This document shows, in pieces, positions 19,701 through 27,493 of a stretch of DNA of 64,000 nt. The DNA is from a virus. Within the stretch, counting starts at the first letter, position 1. Each line of letters starts with the position of its first letter. The translations under genes were made by a program, and so were the position numbers. Where the stretch lies: IMG/VR virus record IMGVR_UViG_3300001589_000007, positions 6,291 through 70,290 of that record. One strand, 5' to 3'. A model generated the notes under the pieces. It had not been told where the DNA came from. It saw only the letters and a program-made list of their open reading frames with translations, and ran no database searches.

Positions 19701-22190
19701 ACATATCCAAATTACGTTTACACAATTACAGCATGTACAAGAGATGTTAATAGATATATTGATGCTGTTAAAATAGATGCAATTTACGATTCAAACTATA
19801 ATGTGTTTATGGCAGGAAGATATTATTTAAATTCATTAGCAGGTAATAATGCTGAAGATATGTTCTATATGCGTAACGGTTCGGGATTAAGAAACTGTTC
19901 ATTGAGCCAGTTATCAGGAACTTTAGGTAGTGCAAACGTATACGGAACTAAACGTCCAAGTGCAGGAGCATATGTAAGTTTAGATCCAGGTTGGGGACCA
20001 GACGATACAAGAGGATGGGTTACTACAAAGTCACCATATGTACAGAACGTTTCAACATTTGGTACAGCATGTATTGGATTAAAAGTAGACGGAGCCATAC
20101 ACAATGGTGGTAATGATAGTATTGTTGCTAACGACTTTACACAAATTTTAAGTGATGGTATTGGTTTTTGGGTTAGTAACTTAGGTAGAGCAGAGCTTGT
20201 TAGTGTGTTCACGTACTATTGTCATATCGGATATCTTGCAGAATCAGGTGGTAAAGTTCGTGCTACAAATGGTAACAATTCATATGGTGATTTTGGATCA
20301 GTTGCTGAAGGCATTGATGCAACAGAGTCACCAGTAACTGGTAAGGTAGATAACCGACAACTTGAAGCACAAGTTGGAGCTGTTCTTACTGATGGCGCAA
20401 ATGAAATTTTACAATTAGAATATTTAAATGCAGGACAAGGATATACAACTGAACAAACAAGTGGTATTCTTACAGTTGATACGCTTAGTGGCGGTGATTC
20501 AAGTCGTGTAAAAGGAACTTATCAAGGAATTGTAGGAGCAAGTGCAGGATCTGGTACAGGACAGGAGTTTACATTACAAGTTGAAGCAAATGGTGTGTAT
20601 ACTGTTACAGTGACTAAAGCAGGGACAGGACATGCAGAAAATGATACTATTACTATCGCTGATGGATTAATAGGCGGCGGCGGCGGTGTGTCAGCAACAT
20701 TTGATGTTGCAACTATCGGAGCGGCAACACAATATTCGATTGCTGGTGAAGGATTTGGTGCGGCAGTAAGTGCTACTAATATTGCTAACGGAGGCGTATT
20801 TGAAGTACAAGTTGATGCTGATAGTAGTACGTTCGGCGGCGACGGTTATAAAGAAGTTGCAAGTAACGCACAAGCAGGAAATACAACTCAAATTAGTTTA
20901 GCGGCGACAGATGTTAGTGGTACTGGTGCATATAATGGTATGAGTATATACATTCTAAGTGGGCTAGGAAAAGGCCAATACGGTGTAATTAACACATTTG
21001 ACTCCGGTACTAAAATAGCAACAATATTAAAAGAATCAGATGGATCAAGTGGCTGGGAACATGTAAAAGGTTCAGCAATTGAAGCATCATTAGATTCAAC
21101 TACTGCTTATATCATATCACCTAGAGTTATATTTGATGCTCCAGCAAGTGGTACTAGGGCTAGAGGTAGAGCAAGAGTATCAGATGAGAAAGTTGTTGAA
21201 ATTAGAATTATTGAACCAGGAAGTGGTTATAGTGCAGGTAGCCCTCCAGTAATGACACTTGTTGATCCAAACAATACTATTGAAATGGCACACACTGTTA
21301 GAGTAGGCAACGGCGTATTAAGACAACCTACATTCTCAAATAGAGGTACTAACTATATTACAGCTACAGCTACAATAAGCGGTGACGGTTTTGCTGATAT
21401 TAATCAAACAGGAACTAAGATTCGAGTAGATGGATTAACATCAACTCCGCAAAAAGGATCAAATGTAGAGTTTGCAAGCATATCAAATAAATGGTATAAA
21501 CTTGTTGCAATTACTAACTTGACAGGCAACGGACCATTTAGCGGATTACTTCAAGTAAGTCCAACAATTGGAGCTGATGAAAGACCACCGCATGACAATG
21601 CAATTACAATACGTAGACGTTATAGTCAAGTACGTTTAACAGGACACGACTTCTTGGATATTGGTACTGGTAACTTTACTAATACTAACTATCCAGGTGA
21701 TCCGTCTACCCTACCAGATGCTACAAAAGAAACAAGTGATTTTGGCGGAGGACGAGTATTCTATACAAGTACAGACCAAGATGGTAACTTTAGGGTTGGT
21801 GGATTATTTAACGTTGAACAGGCAACAGGTATTGCTACACTAAACGTTGAAGCATTTAACATTAGCGGATTAAACGAACTACAGCTAGGTAGTGTCGCAT
21901 TAGGTGGCGCTGGTGCAGTTATTAATGAATTTAGTACAGACGGTACATTTAGTGCAGACAGTGATAGTATTGTTCCTACACAGAAAGCAATTAAAACTTA
22001 TATTACATCACAAATTGGTGGTGGTGTTGCTACTCTTAATGTGAACAGTGTAACAGCTGGTGTAATTGAAATTACAGAAAATAAGATATCAACCACCAGT
22101 GGAGGCAAGATTAACATAAATAATGTTGTAAACTTCAAAGGTGGAATAGATGGAGCACCTGTAGCATTACAAATGTTCTTACTAAACTAA
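16800..22190 (+). CDS. Large fibre/baseplate protein, paralogue of 11872..16743, with CBM5/12-like repeats and CxRD helical inserts
   Basis: Start moved from 16788 to ATG 16800 (MAEFKLGRIR matches the paralogue's MAEFRIDRIR; GGAG SD upstream). Confidence 0.78.
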   Translation: MAEFKLGRIRFIWKDEWSSSTTYYKDDVVRYGGKTFICIVGHIAQTDFMLDLNNATPKWQQFADGQTWKGEWAVSTVYKINDVVKYGGLLYICNTGHVSDTNNIGGLESNLGDDSTAAFWDLFSEGFDYKGNWTVNTRYKVNDIVKYGSRIYICTVYHVSSATLTLGLETDQVKWDMMSDGQDWKTDWTINTRYKVGDLIKYGGQVYRANTGHTSATTITSGLEADQSKWDYFHKGIEYRGEWANATRYRINDVVKDSGGTWICTTYHTSDATHENLRLDQSNWAIFIAGLEFEDTWGPYSEYQPGDIVTYGGYTYIAKTNNTQQKPAEQTAHWQVFVTGFNLRGDYGDDSTNQDYLVGDVVRLGGYTYLAKANSNGQRPPNATYWDKLNEGAKWKAAFTNSTFYDAGDVVTQGVNAYICILAHTSNNGVNDPANDGAGQYWNFLSGGAESGNLTTAGDLVYYGGSGPQRLPIGKPGQVLKVNDDATAPEWAYFGFVNHVYYCDNTKGTDGEAPGHGITMDRPFKTIKFACEQIQLGANLQEDRKLLEQNRAFMQSEVVEFIDWSVANNSAPFTSSFTYNKTKCSRDTGILVDSIAWDISHGGNVKSRESALAYFVGGASQVSGQESQTVAALDYLKVLVSHVLEKTDPAVNYQTLNSISPAVTQVKPSALTTSQATMFKPTGAAYTPTSGLLVLTIGTHPFKVGQTISIGERSLTFTCAQDSHATNHFYPRNTDPAAGSYRAITAVTANTISVNVGISSNTTAHLFVSSQENAVAPVGIVGTTRHLLALTTDAITAGSISGVPAVVKAQKTIFCKTGQFLETLPIRVPEDTAVVGDELRSTKISPAGTVTASEDTPKSLASIARLAAVMPTLISNGNITESSGNSVTQVITRPAGSTAAGNYISNLFTELHDYIDYGANGASGDSTVPAFRGTNTPRTDTGYTYAVEILEQNRAYLVAEVHAYIAVTYPNYVYTITACTRDVNRYIDAVKIDAIYDSNYNVFMAGRYYLNSLAGNNAEDMFYMRNGSGLRNCSLSQLSGTLGSANVYGTKRPSAGAYVSLDPGWGPDDTRGWVTTKSPYVQNVSTFGTACIGLKVDGAIHNGGNDSIVANDFTQILSDGIGFWVSNLGRAELVSVFTYYCHIGYLAESGGKVRATNGNNSYGDFGSVAEGIDATESPVTGKVDNRQLEAQVGAVLTDGANEILQLEYLNAGQGYTTEQTSGILTVDTLSGGDSSRVKGTYQGIVGASAGSGTGQEFTLQVEANGVYTVTVTKAGTGHAENDTITIADGLIGGGGGVSATFDVATIGAATQYSIAGEGFGAAVSATNIANGGVFEVQVDADSSTFGGDGYKEVASNAQAGNTTQISLAATDVSGTGAYNGMSIYILSGLGKGQYGVINTFDSGTKIATILKESDGSSGWEHVKGSAIEASLDSTTAYIISPRVIFDAPASGTRARGRARVSDEKVVEIRIIEPGSGYSAGSPPVMTLVDPNNTIEMAHTVRVGNGVLRQPTFSNRGTNYITATATISGDGFADINQTGTKIRVDGLTSTPQKGSNVEFASISNKWYKLVAITNLTGNGPFSGLLQVSPTIGADERPPHDNAITIRRRYSQVRLTGHDFLDIGTGNFTNTNYPGDPSTLPDATKETSDFGGGRVFYTSTDQDGNFRVGGLFNVEQATGIATLNVEAFNISGLNELQLGSVALGGAGAVINEFSTDGTFSADSDSIVPTQKAIKTYITSQIGGGVATLNVNSVTAGVIEITENKISTTSGGKININNVVNFKGGIDGAPVALQMFLLN

Positions 22191-22212
22191 ACTTGAAAAT
22201 GGAGAAGAAAAA

Positions 22213-22533
22213 ATGGCAACAGGAAGATTAGGCGCAAACGATATGGCTTCGGGCACACTTACTACGGTATATACGTGTCCGGCTGATACTTATGCGATTG
22301 CGAGTTTAAACCTTTTGAATAGGGGAAACCAAGCTCTTACTATGCGAATCGCAGTAGCGGCGGCTGATACTCCTACACTAGGTGAATATATAGAATACGA
22401 AGTAGAAATATTATCTAAAGGAGTACTTGAAAGAACAGGTATTGTTTTAGCCGCAGGACAAAAAATTGTAGCATATGCTAGTGGACCAAATGTGTCCGCA
22501 GTAGCTATGGGTATAGAAACTTCAACAGCGTAA
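22213..22533 (+). CDS. Small virion-associated/fibre partner protein
   Basis: 106 aa, GGAG SD, follows the fibre gene. Confidence 0.6.
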   Translation: MATGRLGANDMASGTLTTVYTCPADTYAIASLNLLNRGNQALTMRIAVAAADTPTLGEYIEYEVEILSKGVLERTGIVLAAGQKIVAYASGPNVSAVAMGIETSTA

Positions 22534-22551
22534 AGGAAAAGGAAAACAACC

Positions 22552-22884
22552 ATGGGAAGATATATTACAACAGTTGGAACTGCAGGGACTACTACAAGAG
22601 AAATTAGTACAACCTTTAGTGCCAGTGTAAACGACAGAATACTAGCAAATACTGCAAGTAGTGCTTATACAATTACATTACCGACAAACTCAAGTTTGTT
22701 AGTATCAGATACTATTCAAGTTATTGATATTTCAAATAATGCAGGTAGTAATAATTTAACTATTGGCAGAAATAGTAGCAAAATTAACGGTGCATCAGAA
22801 GACTTAGTTATTGACGTAAGTGGAGCTATTGTATCACTAATTTATACCGGCACAACTTACGGTTGGGTAGTTGGCGCAGTTTAA
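22552..22884 (+). CDS. Small structural protein resembling the T4 gp9/gp10-type domain
   Basis: TITLP...IQVID..N...NNLTIGRN..KING...L.Y....GW pattern. Confidence 0.55.
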   Translation: MGRYITTVGTAGTTTREISTTFSASVNDRILANTASSAYTITLPTNSSLLVSDTIQVIDISNNAGSNNLTIGRNSSKINGASEDLVIDVSGAIVSLIYTGTTYGWVVGAV

Positions 22885-22911
22885 AAGAAAGATTATTAAA
22901 GGAAACCAGGT

Positions 22912-23871
22912 ATGGCATCATTAGAAACACTCATTAAAGCTAGAATTCCAGTAGGAACTGAAGAAAATTTAGAAACTGGTAGAATTTATAGTTTCACTGA
23001 AGGTACTACATATTCCAAGGCATGTAAGTGTTGGTGTTGGTGTCCTGGAGCAGGCTCAGGTACCGTAGACATTGAAGTTTGGGGAGCAGGCGGCAGTGGC
23101 GCAAAGATGTGTTGTTGTGGAGGTGGACTTCCAGGTAATTCAGGAGCATACGCTAAGAAAACAATTACAATGAACACAAGCACATACTTATATGGTTGTA
23201 CAGGATTTGCTTGCGGTAATTCAGACGCACTATGTTTTAGAGGCTGTTCAGAACCAACAACTGTTTGCTGGCAAAGTACTTCAACAAACGGTTGTATATG
23301 TTCTAGAGGCGGCAAAGGTGGACATAGTATGTGTTCAACAAATTCAAGTTTATACTGTTGCTTTAGAGCACAAGGATATTGTACAACTAATGTAGGACCA
23401 AACTGTGGTACTGTTTGTAATATGTGTTCAGGTGCATTATGTGCTATTGCATATGGTGGAGATATAAATAGATGCGGAAATATTTCATGCATGGGTTATC
23501 ATGGTTGTTACCCAGGATGTATATGTTTCTTTAGATCTTATGTTGCATTTCCTCCAGGAATGATTTCAGAGTGCGGAGGAATTGTTGGATTTGCTAACTC
23601 TAATGATAGTTCAGCATCACGTTGGTCAGGTATGGGATACGGACAAACAGTTGCTATGTTAGCAGGAGCGGGTAGACAGCCAGGAGGCGGTATACCATGG
23701 AAAGCATGTTACAGAAGTGATATGAGTTGTGGTTGTTACCAAACTAACGGTTGTCAAAGTACTGTACCATACGGAGTTGGCGGACACGGAGCATTTCCTT
23801 GTCCTGGAGTTAGAGACTCAGGCCACAGAGGTGGTATGGGTGCAATCAGAATCAAGTATGTGCAAAGTTAA
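22912..23871 (+). CDS. Cys/Gly-rich putative tail-tip adhesin (copy 1)
   Basis: 319 aa, about 33 Cys by hand count, IEVWGAGGSG glycine-rich-domain motif, CCC triplet. Confidence 0.6.
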   Translation: MASLETLIKARIPVGTEENLETGRIYSFTEGTTYSKACKCWCWCPGAGSGTVDIEVWGAGGSGAKMCCCGGGLPGNSGAYAKKTITMNTSTYLYGCTGFACGNSDALCFRGCSEPTTVCWQSTSTNGCICSRGGKGGHSMCSTNSSLYCCFRAQGYCTTNVGPNCGTVCNMCSGALCAIAYGGDINRCGNISCMGYHGCYPGCICFFRSYVAFPPGMISECGGIVGFANSNDSSASRWSGMGYGQTVAMLAGAGRQPGGGIPWKACYRSDMSCGCYQTNGCQSTVPYGVGGHGAFPCPGVRDSGHRGGMGAIRIKYVQS

Positions 23872-23886
23872 GGAGTAGGAACGAAA

Positions 23887-24846
23887 ATGGCAACATTACA
23901 ATCAATATTACAATCAAGAGCAGGTTCTACTACAGAAACTAATCTTGAACCTGGTAAAATTTGGGCTTATTCCACCGTGACAGATTATACTACATATGGT
24001 GGGTGTCATTGTTGGATTTCACCAGGTAACGGAACAGTAGATTTAGAAGTGATTGGAGCTGGAGGTAGTGGATCAAGAATGTGTTGTTGTTCATCAACTC
24101 TTCCAGGAAACTCAGGCGCATATGTTAAAAAAACAGGACTAGCAGTAACAGGCAGTTGTTATATATGCATGTATGCTGGTAAGAGTTGTAGAAACGCTAG
24201 TCAACTGTGTAACAGAGGATGTTCAGAAGCCGGAATGGCTTGTTGGACAGGTGGCGGTACAAGCGGTTGTATATGTGCAGAAGGTGGTAGATCAGGAACT
24301 AGTTTTTGTAGTACAGGAACAGCACGAAGGTGCTGTATGATGGCTAACTCATTTTGCGGAACAACATACAGTGGATATTGTGGACTTGTATGTAACCATT
24401 GTCCAGGTGCTTGGTGTGCGTGTGCATACGGCGGTGACGTAAACAGAATGGGAAATATTAGCTGTAGTACATACTGGCATTGCTATCCAAACTGTAACTG
24501 TAGTACAATCCATCACGTTGCGATTGCTCCAGGTTACTTTAGTGAATGCGGAGGAGTTGTTTCATACGGATTAGATGGCGATAACGGCCACTCTGAATGG
24601 TCAGGTATGGGTTTCCAGGGATATATACAAGCACTAAATTCAATGAGTAGACAACCAAGTCAAGGCGCGGCCTGGACTGAATGTTGGGACGGTGCAAGAA
24701 TATGTCAGTGTTATGACACACAAGGGTGTACAATGTATGTACCACACGGATCAGGTGGTCCAGCGGCAACACCATGTTCGGGCGTTAGAGATAATGGTTG
24801 GGCAGGCGGAGACGCCATAATTAAAATTAGATATGTAGCATCTTAA
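23887..24846 (+). CDS. Cys/Gly-rich putative tail-tip adhesin (copy 2)
   Basis: 319 aa, about 32 Cys, LEVIGAGGSG motif, CCC triplet; aligns with copy 1. Confidence 0.6.
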   Translation: MATLQSILQSRAGSTTETNLEPGKIWAYSTVTDYTTYGGCHCWISPGNGTVDLEVIGAGGSGSRMCCCSSTLPGNSGAYVKKTGLAVTGSCYICMYAGKSCRNASQLCNRGCSEAGMACWTGGGTSGCICAEGGRSGTSFCSTGTARRCCMMANSFCGTTYSGYCGLVCNHCPGAWCACAYGGDVNRMGNISCSTYWHCYPNCNCSTIHHVAIAPGYFSECGGVVSYGLDGDNGHSEWSGMGFQGYIQALNSMSRQPSQGAAWTECWDGARICQCYDTQGCTMYVPHGSGGPAATPCSGVRDNGWAGGDAIIKIRYVAS

Positions 24847-24871
24847 TAAATAAAACGGAGAGAGAAATAAA

Positions 24872-25555
24872 ATGGCATTAAATATAACATTCGAGGTAAC
24901 ATTACCCGACGAACCTTATCATAAAACTACAACCAAAGGCGATAAGTTTACATGCACTTACACTGGCCCACGCTATGTGTTGATGCAAATAGACAGAGAC
25001 GACTTTCAAGTACGTGAAGGCGGCAGAGGCGACAAACCAACTGACGATTCTGTAAATGAAAAATACTTTGAACAAGACGATTACTTCTACTTACTAGTAG
25101 ATGCAACAAAAGATGCAGATAGTGCATTTTATTGTGCATATGTAACACACGAATATACACATCCAGATGTGGAAGATTTTAGCTGTACAGAAAAAGATGC
25201 AGATGGAGAAGAATTTACTTGGACACACCAGTATGAAGGTACAACAGGTATGCTAGGACATCTATATTGGGCAGAATCATTACTACATAATCCAGGCGGA
25301 GCAGGATGGTCAGGGCCTACTTTTAGAGAACATGTAAACGATTGGGCATCAATGGTTTCGTCATGTAAGGATCAAGCAGAGTCAATTGATGCGGCTCTAG
25401 ATGATAGTAATCAATCAATTTCAGATGCTGATAGAGCTATATTAACTACTAGAAGTACTTGGTTAAAGACAGTAGAAAAAAAATATGAAAAAAACGACCA
25501 TTGGAAAATTCCATTTCCAGAGGCACCATTACCACAGTTTGATCTTCCAGACTAA
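24872..25555 (+). CDS. Acidic hypothetical protein, possibly a tail fibre assembly chaperone
   Basis: 227 aa after the adhesin-like pair; C-terminal W.IPFP..P ending is reminiscent of Tfa-type chaperones; AATAAATA and GGAG upstream. Confidence 0.5.
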   Translation: MALNITFEVTLPDEPYHKTTTKGDKFTCTYTGPRYVLMQIDRDDFQVREGGRGDKPTDDSVNEKYFEQDDYFYLLVDATKDADSAFYCAYVTHEYTHPDVEDFSCTEKDADGEEFTWTHQYEGTTGMLGHLYWAESLLHNPGGAGWSGPTFREHVNDWASMVSSCKDQAESIDAALDDSNQSISDADRAILTTRSTWLKTVEKKYEKNDHWKIPFPEAPLPQFDLPD

Positions 25556-25579
25556 ACTAATTTAACTCTCATCCAGTCT

Positions 25580-25633
25580 AGACTGGGTTCAACGTGTATA
25601 CTTGATATATATTATTGGACCCAGTCTTTTTTT
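25580..25633 (+). terminator. Long stem-loop followed by a T-tract
   Basis: AGACTGGGTTCAA (25580-92) pairs with TTGGACCCAGTCT (25615-27), followed by a T run. Confidence 0.6.
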
Positions 25634-25652
25634 ATGGAGTATAGAGAGTAAT

Positions 25653-26630
25653 ATGACAACAAGATCAAAAGCGTTTTTTTTAAATGGCGGAGCAGGAAGA
25701 ATGCTTTGTTCAATACCAGCATTAGAATTATATGAACAAGAGTCAGGTGATAAAGACTTTGTAGTTGTGTGTGAAGGCGGCACAGATATGTTTAAAGGGC
25801 ATCCAACGCTGGATGCTAGAGCATATGACCCCTGGCATAAAAATTTATTTAAGGACGTATTAAAAGGAAGAGATGTAGTATATCCAGAACCATATAGAGT
25901 TTGGGAATATTATAATCAGTTATGTAGTTTAGCACAAGCATTTGATATTGAATTAAACGCAAAGGGTATAAGAGAGCTTCCTAAACCAACATTAAAACTT
26001 AGCAAAGACGAACTACTTGTTGGCAGAAAACTAATTAATGAGATAAAAGAAAAAATTAAAAAAGACAAGTTATTAATACTACAGCCTTTTGGTAGAGGTA
26101 TTGAAATAATTGACGATACTCCAATGGATCATACTGCAAGAAGTTTTGAGTTTACTGATCTTAAAAAGCTAATGAAAGAGTTAGAGAAAGATTTTGCACT
26201 TATTATGATGAGCGAGCTTAAAATTGATCTAAAAGGTGAAGGACTAAAACGTGAAGTAGCAATGCCTGAAGGATTAAATATTAGGCAATGGGCCGCAATG
26301 ATTAAATATGCAGATCACTTTTTAGGTTGTGATAGTGTAGGACAACATTTAGCATATGTTGTAGGAACAGAAACCACAGCAGTACACGGTGCAACATTTC
26401 CAGTAAATGTATCTTATCCTAACACTGATAACTTTAACGTATTAGATCTAGGAATGGATGAACGAATTTACGATCCTATACGTATTGTACAAGAAGAGTC
26501 GACTCATAGACATAATGAAAATTTAATGGCAATGGACGATAAAATTAGAGACTACGTTCTTGGAGTCGTAAAAGGAACAATTAAACATACTAGCGGTGAT
26601 ATCGAACCTGAAATGATCGAAAAGAAATAA
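25653..26630 (+). CDS. GT9-like glycosyltransferase (heptosyltransferase-like)
   Basis: ADHFLGCDSVGQHLAYVVGTETTAVHGATFP matches the GT9 GxDSGxxHLA..G.P...FG.T motif; N-terminal GGAGR loop; likely start MTTRSK at 25653. Confidence 0.65.
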   Translation: MTTRSKAFFLNGGAGRMLCSIPALELYEQESGDKDFVVVCEGGTDMFKGHPTLDARAYDPWHKNLFKDVLKGRDVVYPEPYRVWEYYNQLCSLAQAFDIELNAKGIRELPKPTLKLSKDELLVGRKLINEIKEKIKKDKLLILQPFGRGIEIIDDTPMDHTARSFEFTDLKKLMKELEKDFALIMMSELKIDLKGEGLKREVAMPEGLNIRQWAAMIKYADHFLGCDSVGQHLAYVVGTETTAVHGATFPVNVSYPNTDNFNVLDLGMDERIYDPIRIVQEESTHRHNENLMAMDDKIRDYVLGVVKGTIKHTSGDIEPEMIEKK

Positions 26631-27493
26631 TGGCAAGATTATTTGTATTAGGTTGTAGTTTTACAAATTATGCATGGCCTACCTGGGCTGATATGTTAGG
26701 TACAGAGTTTGAGATATACGAAAACTGGGGATACCCAGGATTAGGCAATCAAGCAATATGTGAAAGATTAGTTGAATTGCATGCTAGAGAACATCTTACA
26801 AAAAATGATATAGTAATTATTCAATGGACCAGTCATTTAAGAAATGATTATCATACAACTGACACTCGTAGAGAGGGTGTCCTAGAAGGAGTTGGTTGGA
26901 AAACTTGTGGAAGTATTTTTAATTATATTAACTCTGAGTTATATAGTGATGAATGGATTAAGACATTTTGGGATGAAACTAGTTATACAATGCATTTACT
27001 AAACAATATTGTATTAGCACAAGGGTTTTTAAAAAATATAGATTGTAATTGGTATATGACTAGTATGGGAGAAATTGAAAAAATGAATTCAGACTATCCA
27101 GACGGTTTACAAGGAGAAGTAGGAAGCACTAGTAATATATGGAAAGATATCCCGCCATTAGGTATGTATAAAGATTTAATTACAAATGATAGATGGATTA
27201 GACCTGTAGGTACTACTGCTTGGAATAGCAAGATTGACCATTTTAAATTTAAAGGTCCAGATTATAAATTTATTACTGATAGACATCCGAGTATTGATCA
27301 GCATGCTGAATACTTATTAACTGAAGTAAAACCAAAGATTAATAATAGCCAGAATTTAAGTAAATTATCAAAAAAATGGATAGATAAAGTTAATAATATA
27401 TATAAGAATACACATAAAGATTTTGATAATTTTTGTGAAACAATATATAAAAACTTGCCTGAGTGGCAAGGTAATAGATACAGAGGATTTTAA
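26630..27493 (+). CDS. SGNH/GDSL-hydrolase-like protein
   Basis: LGCSFT, NWG..G.GN and DRHPS blocks; overlaps the GT stop codon. Confidence 0.55.
   Translation: MARLFVLGCSFTNYAWPTWADMLGTEFEIYENWGYPGLGNQAICERLVELHAREHLTKNDIVIIQWTSHLRNDYHTTDTRREGVLEGVGWKTCGSIFNYINSELYSDEWIKTFWDETSYTMHLLNNIVLAQGFLKNIDCNWYMTSMGEIEKMNSDYPDGLQGEVGSTSNIWKDIPPLGMYKDLITNDRWIRPVGTTAWNSKIDHFKFKGPDYKFITDRHPSIDQHAEYLLTEVKPKINNSQNLSKLSKKWIDKVNNIYKNTHKDFDNFCETIYKNLPEWQGNRYRGF

Noticed and set aside
25602-25652. ORF-track N-terminal extensions (25602, also 16788 and 46182)
   Set aside because: The upstream starts fall inside hairpin, SD or promoter sequences; downstream ATGs at 25653, 16800 and 46176 fit the signals better
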